Source of the DNA: Gemmatimonadota bacterium | GTDB taxonomy: Bacteria; Gemmatimonadota; Gemmatimonadetes; Palauibacterales; Palauibacteraceae | Length of the DNA: 64,000 nucleotides | NCBI GenBank assembly: GCA_039588275.1 | Contig: JBDHAC010000003.1 | Span: 1 to 64,000, forward strand | Reading direction: 5' to 3' | In this document: one piece after another, positions 58,208 through 64,000 of the stretch | Position numbering within the stretch: position 1 is the first letter of the stretch | Layout: each line of letters begins with the position of its first letter | Notes under the pieces: model-generated | What the model saw: the letters and a program-made list of their open reading frames with translations, nothing else | The model's database searches: none | Told to the model about the DNA's origin: nothing | Program-made: the position numbers and the translations under genes

Positions 58208-59127
58208 GTATCCTCGGGCGCGTCACGGCGACCCGGATTCGGGAACGCGTCGCGACCGGTCTGGTACTGGGCGGCCTGACCGGGAGCGCCGGGTGCGCCC
58301 CGGATGAAGCGACGCCCACCGCCGGGCCCGAGGTCCTGCGCGAGGGCGTCGACATGGTGATCGTGGACATGGATCACTACCTGTCGCGGCTCGGTATCCG
58401 ACGTGCGCGCCTGCTGGCCGACACGGCCGAGTACGTCAGTGAGAACGAGATCCACCTCAAGCCCGTCGAACTCGTCTTCTTCGACGACGAGGGCCGCGAG
58501 ATCTCGGTCTTGATCGCGGACTACGGCGTGTTCGACGAGGTATCCGAGGACATGGAAGCGAACGGCAATGTCGTGGTTCTGGATCGGCGGGACGACCGGA
58601 AGCTCGAGACCGAGCAGATTCGCTACACCAAGGAGGAAGATCGCCTGTACGGCGACAGCCCCTTCGTGATGGAGAGCAACGGAGGGCGTACCATCCACCA
58701 GGGAGACTCGTTCGAGGCGGATCCGGGGCTCGACGACGTCATCATGTGGGGCCCGGGCGGGCGTTCGGAGCCTCGCATCGACACGCTGACGGTGGAACCG
58801 TTGGATTCGGGCGCGGACGCGACGCCGGATTCGCTGCTCGAAGTGGACCCGGATTCTCCGGCTGCGGAGGCGCCGGACTCTCTGGCTGCGGAGGCGCCGG
58901 ACTCTCTGGCAGCAGAGACGCCGGATTCTCTGGCTGCCCGAGATTCTACGTCCGCGGACTCGACCGCGACCGCTCGGGACACGGCAGCCCGCGACACCAC
59001 CTCTCGGGACACGACCACCGTCGCACCGGACTCCACGGCGAGGGACATGGCGGGCCGCGACACCACCGCCCACCGCTCGACGACCTCGGTAAGACGCCGG
59101 GAGCAAGCCGGCCGCGACGCCGGCTGA
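58204..59127 (+). CDS. lptC: LPS export protein LptC with repetitive C-terminal tail (start uncertain)
   Basis: Position between the kds genes and lptA/lptB; hydrophobic N-region with Cys; motifs L.AD.G, GNVVV and L.TE; low-complexity tail. Confidence 0.75.
   Translation: MSILGRVTATRIRERVATGLVLGGLTGSAGCAPDEATPTAGPEVLREGVDMVIVDMDHYLSRLGIRRARLLADTAEYVSENEIHLKPVELVFFDDEGREISVLIADYGVFDEVSEDMEANGNVVVLDRRDDRKLETEQIRYTKEEDRLYGDSPFVMESNGGRTIHQGDSFEADPGLDDVIMWGPGGRSEPRIDTLTVEPLDSGADATPDSLLEVDPDSPAAEAPDSLAAEAPDSLAAETPDSLAARDSTSADSTATARDTAARDTTSRDTTTVAPDSTARDMAGRDTTAHRSTTSVRRREQAGRDAG
58825..58944 (+). repeat. Five 24-nt tandem units encoding PDSxxxxx in lptC
   Basis: ccgga(t/c)tc recurs every 24 nt at 58825, 58849, 58873, 58897 and 58921. 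Confidence 0.9.
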
Positions 59128-59135
59128 GATGCGCG

Positions 59136-61328
59136 ATGCCGGCGCTTGAATCCGCGACGCTAACGGTCCGCGCACGAGCCACGGCCGCATGTGGCGGATT
59201 TGCGCTCGCGGCGCTGCTCATCCCCACTTCGCTCGCGGGGCAAGGCACGCAGCGTGGTAGCTGCACCCTGATCTGGGAACCGACCACCGCGGACACGCGC
59301 AGCGTCAGCACCCGCGAGGGGCAGGACGCGTACGTGACGCATGTGAGCGGCGGGATGCTGTGGACGTGCGGTACGGCCACGATGCGCGCGGACAGCGCAG
59401 TCAAGTACGACCTGGCCCGCCGCGTGGACCTGATCGGGAACGTGCGCTATCGGGATACGATCCGCACCCTGGAGTCGGTATACCTCACCTATTTCGAGCT
59501 CGATGACCGAGTCATCGCTACCGACAGCGTCCACTTGACGCGGCTTGTCGACGGCTCGACGCTGACGGGGCCCCGAGTGGAGTTTCTGCGGGCGGTGACG
59601 GGCGTGGATGAAGAGACGATCGCGACCGGCCGGCCCCACATGGTGCTTTACCCGGAAGGAGATGACCCTGGCCCGCCGTTCGACGTCGACGCGGACCGGG
59701 CCATCTTCGCCGGGGAGGAAGAGGCGCGCGCGTTCGGGGATGTGATCATCACCCGACCTGACCTTCGCGCCGAGGCTGACTCCACCACCTTTCGCATCCC
59801 CGAGGGGACGGGGGTCTTGTACGGATCCCCTCGGGTGGAAGCCGAGACTATCACTCTGCGCGGCGACACCATCCGGACCGGCTTCGAGGACAACGTGTTG
59901 CGGGACGTGCATGCGCTCGGCCGAGCGCATGCGCAGGGCGAGTCGTTCGAGGTCCGGTCGGAGCGCATCGACGTCGCGGTAGAGGACGACGAGGTGGAGG
60001 CAGTGTGGGCCCACGGTGCGGGCATGGCGGAAGCCATATCCGGGGACCAGCACCTGTACGGCGATTCGCTGCGCTTCGCGATGTTCGAGGGTCGGCTCGA
60101 CACCATCAACGCGGTCGGCCGAACTGCGGCTGTCCAGGGCACCGGGCCGGCTCGCTTCGAATTGGAGACGGCGACCGTTCCCGAGACCGAGTCGGGCGAT
60201 GAGGCTGCCGTCCCGCCCGCCGCGGACTCGATCGGCGTCGCGGAGCCGGTGGCCGAAGACTCGGTGCGCGCCCCGGACCCGGTCGTGGAGGATTCGGTCC
60301 GCCTGCCGGAGCCGATGGCCGAAGACTCGATCGGCGTCGTAGAGCCGGTGGCCGAAGACTCGGTGCGCGCCCCGGAGCCGGTCGTGGAGGATTCGGTCCG
60401 CACACCGGTCCAGCAACCCTTCGAGGCGGCCGAGGCGGTTCCGCTGGAGGAGGACCCGGGCGAAGGTGCCACACCCACCGTGGCCCGCGGCGTGGCCGAC
60501 GAGAGCGTGGCAGGCGAGGCGAATGCCGACACGACCTCCCGGGCGGAGCCCGACCGATCCGACGAGGTATCGAGGTTGCGTCTGCCCACCGAAGAGGACT
60601 CCAATTGGGTGAGCGGAGATACCCTGTACGCGATCTTCGAGCGCACCCCGCGAGCGGCCGGGCCGAGTCCGCCGGAGAGCACGCGGGCAGCCCCGATTCT
60701 CCCGGACAGCGCAGGGGCAGCCCGGATTCTCCCGGACAGCGTCATCGCCATCCCGGTTCCGACCGACAGCGCGGTCGCCGTGCCGGCCGAGCCGGACTCC
60801 ACGGCCGACCCCGTCTTGGAGCGACTCACGGTTATCGGTCACGCGCGCTCCCTGTACGCGCAGGTCCGTGACACGGCCGCAGCCAATCGACCCTCCCGCA
60901 ATTACATGATCGGATCGCGGATAGACATCTTCTTCCGCGACGGGGAGCCTGAACGGGTGGAAGGTACGGACGCCATCGGTCTATACCTGGAGCCGCTCGA
61001 GACGCCGGAGAGCCAGGCCCCCGAGACCGGCGCGGTCCCGGCGCCGCAAGACACGACGGGCACCGGCGCCCGCGAAGACACGACGAGTGTCCGTGTTCGC
61101 GAAGACACGACCCAGGTCTCGCAACCACCGGACTCGAGCGGAGGTGTGCCGACGCGTCCTCGGGAGAGCGGTGCGCGCTCCACCGCGAGCGTGACGAACT
61201 CGGCCGCTCGAGACGGCCGTCGGGATCCACCCGCGAGAGATTCGGTGCAGGGCAAGAGGTCTGGAACCGCTGCATCCCGAGCGTCTCGCATGCGGTCGGG
61301 GCCACCACTGTCGAGGATCTTTCCATGA
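59136..61328 (+). CDS. Large LptA/OstA-like periplasmic protein with repeat insertions
   Basis: Signal peptide; repeated beta-jellyroll-like segments (ADSA, GNV, GDV, GDSL); lies between lptC and lptB. Confidence 0.75.
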   Translation: MPALESATLTVRARATAACGGFALAALLIPTSLAGQGTQRGSCTLIWEPTTADTRSVSTREGQDAYVTHVSGGMLWTCGTATMRADSAVKYDLARRVDLIGNVRYRDTIRTLESVYLTYFELDDRVIATDSVHLTRLVDGSTLTGPRVEFLRAVTGVDEETIATGRPHMVLYPEGDDPGPPFDVDADRAIFAGEEEARAFGDVIITRPDLRAEADSTTFRIPEGTGVLYGSPRVEAETITLRGDTIRTGFEDNVLRDVHALGRAHAQGESFEVRSERIDVAVEDDEVEAVWAHGAGMAEAISGDQHLYGDSLRFAMFEGRLDTINAVGRTAAVQGTGPARFELETATVPETESGDEAAVPPAADSIGVAEPVAEDSVRAPDPVVEDSVRLPEPMAEDSIGVVEPVAEDSVRAPEPVVEDSVRTPVQQPFEAAEAVPLEEDPGEGATPTVARGVADESVAGEANADTTSRAEPDRSDEVSRLRLPTEEDSNWVSGDTLYAIFERTPRAAGPSPPESTRAAPILPDSAGAARILPDSVIAIPVPTDSAVAVPAEPDSTADPVLERLTVIGHARSLYAQVRDTAAANRPSRNYMIGSRIDIFFRDGEPERVEGTDAIGLYLEPLETPESQAPETGAVPAPQDTTGTGAREDTTSVRVREDTTQVSQPPDSSGGVPTRPRESGARSTASVTNSAARDGRRDPPARDSVQGKRSGTAASRASRMRSGPPLSRIFP
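60225..60407 (+). repeat. Six 33-nt units (DS[IV]..., last partial) arranged as a duplicated 99-nt block
   Basis: DSIGVAEPVAE / DSVRAPDPVVE / DSVRLPEPMAE followed by a near-copy. Confidence 0.9.
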
Positions 61329-62143
61329 CCGATTCGGGCTCGACCGCGCAGGATCGCACGCACGAGACGTCGGCCCAGGCCATGGACCCGGAGCCGCTGG
61401 CGCGCGAGGTCAACGCCTCGCCGAGCACGCTGCGCGCCGATGGACTCGTGAAGTCTTTCAAGCGACGGCGGGTCGTGGATGAGGTCGATTTGAGCCTGGT
61501 GCAGGGAGAGATCGTCGGGCTGCTCGGACCCAACGGGGCAGGGAAGACGACGACGTTCTATATGATGGTCGGACTCCTCAAAGCCGATCAAGGCCGCGTG
61601 TATCTGGACGACCAGGAGCTCACCACGTGGCCGATGTACAAGAGAGCGCGGGCCGGGATCGGCTATCTGCCCCAGGAACCCTCCGTGTTCCTGAAGCTGA
61701 GCGTGGAGGACAACGTGATGGCGATTCTGGAGACGCTTCCGCTGTCTCGCGAAGAGCGTCATGCGAGACTCGAGAGCCTCCTCGATGAACTGTCGATCAA
61801 GCACCTGCGGAAGAACAAGGCCTATTCACTGTCCGGGGGCGAGCGCCGGCGGCTGGAAATCACCAGGGCGCTGGTGACGCGACCCAAGTTCCTGTTACTC
61901 GATGAGCCCTTCACGGGAGTCGACCCGATCGCGATCGACGACATTCAACGCATAGTGCAAGGACTCCGGAACAAGGGTCTGGGGGTGCTCGTCACCGACC
62001 ACAACGTGCGCGAGACTTTGTCCATAACCGACCGCGCGTATCTCCTGTTCAACGGCGAAATCCTCGTCGAAGGACCGGCTGATCGGCTCGTGAAAGACCC
62101 CGAGGCGCGCGCACTCTACCTGGGACAAGACTTCCGGCTTTAG
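61325..62143 (+). CDS. lptB: LPS export ABC ATPase
   Basis: Motifs GPNGAGKTTTFY, YLPQE.S.F, LSGGERRR.EI, LDEPF and TDHNVRETL. Confidence 0.97.
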   Translation: MTDSGSTAQDRTHETSAQAMDPEPLAREVNASPSTLRADGLVKSFKRRRVVDEVDLSLVQGEIVGLLGPNGAGKTTTFYMMVGLLKADQGRVYLDDQELTTWPMYKRARAGIGYLPQEPSVFLKLSVEDNVMAILETLPLSREERHARLESLLDELSIKHLRKNKAYSLSGGERRRLEITRALVTRPKFLLLDEPFTGVDPIAIDDIQRIVQGLRNKGLGVLVTDHNVRETLSITDRAYLLFNGEILVEGPADRLVKDPEARALYLGQDFRL

Positions 62144-62158
62144 GGCGCGTCAGCGGGG

Positions 62159-62187
62159 GTGCCATCCATCCCAGCACCGTGTATCTT
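62159..62187 (+). promoter_or_regulatory. Putative sigma70-type promoter for rpoN (GTGCCA-N17-TATCTT)
   Basis: 17-nt spaced hexamers in the lptB-rpoN gap. Confidence 0.45.
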
Positions 62188-62193
62188 TAGCTT

Positions 62194-62209
62194 CTGGTAC
62201 GATTCTTGT
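62194..62209 (+). promoter_or_regulatory. Sigma54-like site CTGGTACG-ATTC-TTGT upstream of rpoN
   Basis: Matches YTGGYACG-N4-TTGC except for the final C. Confidence 0.55.
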
Positions 62210-62288
62210 GACACATGGGTGTGGGGATGAACGTGCGGAAGCCAGCCTGCCCGAAGGCCCTATCCAGGGGTGAGCAAGGAGGAACGAG

Positions 62289-63758
62289 GTGAGCGGAATG
62301 CGACCCGGCCTCCACACGGGCCTTCGAATGAAACAAGAGTTGAAGGTGAATCCTCGCCTGTATCAGGCGATGGACCTTCTCTATATGCCCCTCCTCGATC
62401 TTCAACAGCACCTCAAGCAAGAGCTCGTCAACAACCCGTTCCTCGACCTCGTCGAGCCGGGCGAGGACGAGTTGAAGGAAGAAGCCGAGGAAAAGGAAGA
62501 CCCCGAAGAGGAGGAAGTCGATTGGGAGGAGATCCTGCTCAACGGCTTCGATGCGGGGGGACGGCGCGCGGAGTACGAGGAGAAGGAGTACTTCCGACCC
62601 ACCCCGGCCGCGACGCGGGATCTGTGGGACCACCTGTTCGATCAGCTCACGTTGATGAAGCTGGTTCCGCGCGAGGTGCTGATCGGCGAGGAGATCATCG
62701 GCAACATCGACCGGGAAGGCTTTCTGACCTGTTCGCTGGGGCAGATCGTAGAGTCGGTGAACAACTATCTCGCGGACCCGGAAAACCCGCTCGTCCGTGA
62801 GGCGGAGGAGGCCGAAGAGGAGATCAATCTCGAGTCGGTCACCACGGAGGAAGTGGAGCGGATGCTCGGCATGATACAGGGCTTCGATCCCAGCGGGATC
62901 GCGGCTCGCGATCTGCGCGAGACGTTGCTCTTGCAGCTCCGAGACCGAGGCGAGGAGGACACGCTGGCGTTCCGGATCGTCCGCGATCACTTCGACGAGT
63001 TGGTGAATCATCGTTGGAGCGAGCTCTCGAAGGAGCACGGCATCTCGCCGCAGGAAGTCCAGAGCGCTGCGGATGAGATTTCGAAGTTGGACCCGAAGCC
63101 GGGGCTCAAGTACTCGGACCTGTCCGACGCCTACGTGATTCCCGATCTCGTCGTCGAGAAGATCGACGGCCAGTATTACGTCTTCCACAACGACACCTCG
63201 CTGCCTCGCCTCAAGCTCTCGCGCTCCTATCGCGAGGTCGCGCAGGACCGAGGCAAGTTCCAGGGCGAGAACAAGACCTTCATCTCGAAGAAGCTCAACA
63301 GCGCCCAGTGGATGATCCAGGCGATCGAGCAGCGCCGGCAGACCATGCTGAAAGTGATGAACTTCATCGTCGACCGGCAGCGGGACTTCTTCGAGAAGGG
63401 CGTCGAGCACCTGCGCCCGCTCACTCTCCGCGAGGTCGCCGAGCACATCGACATGCATGAGTCGACGGTGTCGCGGGTCACGAACGAGAAGTACGTGCAG
63501 ACACCTCGTGGCGTATTCCCACTCAAGTTCTTCTTCTCGAGCGGGCTGTCCACCGACTACGGGGAGGATGTGTCGGCCCGCGGCGTGCGGGCGCAGATCA
63601 AGAAGCTCGTGGGAGAGGAGGATTCCACGAGCCCGCTCACGGACCAGGCCATCGTCGACATCCTGAAACGAGACGGCGTACAGATCGCGCGCCGAACGGT
63701 GGCAAAATACCGCGACCAGCTCGGGATCCTCTCCGCTCGCATGCGCAAGCGCGTATGA
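62289..63758 (+). CDS. rpoN: RNA polymerase sigma-54 factor
   Basis: Motifs NPFL, PLTLREVA..I.MHESTVSR and K...TPRG; RpoN box ARRTVAKYR. Confidence 0.98.
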   Translation: MSGMRPGLHTGLRMKQELKVNPRLYQAMDLLYMPLLDLQQHLKQELVNNPFLDLVEPGEDELKEEAEEKEDPEEEEVDWEEILLNGFDAGGRRAEYEEKEYFRPTPAATRDLWDHLFDQLTLMKLVPREVLIGEEIIGNIDREGFLTCSLGQIVESVNNYLADPENPLVREAEEAEEEINLESVTTEEVERMLGMIQGFDPSGIAARDLRETLLLQLRDRGEEDTLAFRIVRDHFDELVNHRWSELSKEHGISPQEVQSAADEISKLDPKPGLKYSDLSDAYVIPDLVVEKIDGQYYVFHNDTSLPRLKLSRSYREVAQDRGKFQGENKTFISKKLNSAQWMIQAIEQRRQTMLKVMNFIVDRQRDFFEKGVEHLRPLTLREVAEHIDMHESTVSRVTNEKYVQTPRGVFPLKFFFSSGLSTDYGEDVSARGVRAQIKKLVGEEDSTSPLTDQAIVDILKRDGVQIARRTVAKYRDQLGILSARMRKRV

Positions 63759-64000
63759 CCGAAGCGGCCGCGGACGAACGATCCGTACCAGCGGCTCCCC
63801 CTTCCCACCCGGTCTCGGCTCCAGATGTCTCGCGCTCCGAGACCCCGCCTGCGAAGGCACCGCAGGTGACCGCGGCCTCCTCGCCGGCCCCCAGGGTCTC
63901 GATCGTGATCCCGGCGTTCAACGAAGCCGAGAACATGCCCGAGCTCTTCGACGAGCTCGCCGGAACCATCCGTGAGCACGACCTTCACGCCGAGATCATC
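63755..64000 (+). CDS. Glycosyltransferase family 2 (3' truncated by the window edge)
   Basis: ATGA overlap with the rpoN stop; translates to ...VSIVIPAFNEAENM..L...EII. Confidence 0.85.
   Translation, partial: MTEAAADERSVPAAPPSHPVSAPDVSRSETPPAKAPQVTAASSPAPRVSIVIPAFNEAENMPELFDELAGTIREHDLHAEII

Noticed and set aside
56473..59190. 905-aa antisense ORF and other long shadow ORFs (e.g. 1113-2651, 2910-4511, 24515-26053, 62187-63860)
   Set aside because: They lie opposite well-conserved genes, have no family motifs, and are expected from stop-codon scarcity at high GC.
60225..60407. 33-nt periodic repeats as a CRISPR array
   Set aside because: In-frame coding tandem units with no unique spacers and no cas genes.

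Overview
A very GC-rich bacterial core-genome window with about 73 densely packed genes, mostly on the + strand. I found no rRNA, tRNA, CRISPR array or mobile element. Gene order and protein signatures suggest a diderm, probably Gemmatimonadota (inference). Content in order: gmk-rpoZ-coaBC-UDG-dnaB-ispD-tsaC-phosphatase-aroE-comF; gap-pgk-tpiA-secG; rnhA, carA, sppA, a broken HU/IHF gene, an aminotransferase, moaD/E/A, mdh, an HD-GYP protein and dcd; a complete nuoA-N operon with fused nuoCD; PMM/PGM-arcC-sucCD-CBS-ndk; yceD-rpmF-plsX-fabD-fabG-acpP-fabF; purE-ispF-dedA-xerD; kdsB-pyrG-kdsA-kdsC-kdsD-lptC-lptA-like-lptB-rpoN-GT2. Best leads: (1) tandem arrays of D-S/T-(A/I/L/V/M/T) motifs, the Bacteroidota O-glycosylation sequon, in LptC and the LptA-like protein; (2) a highly structured 353-nt insert between nuoF and nuoG with a 22-bp stem and a mutually exclusive alternative pairing; (3) an RNase HI whose catalytic Glu appears to have moved; (4) a Rex-like operator on nuoA; (5) sigma54-like sites at rpoN and inside an AT-recoded patch of the PMM/PGM gene; (6) an internally deleted HU/IHF gene.
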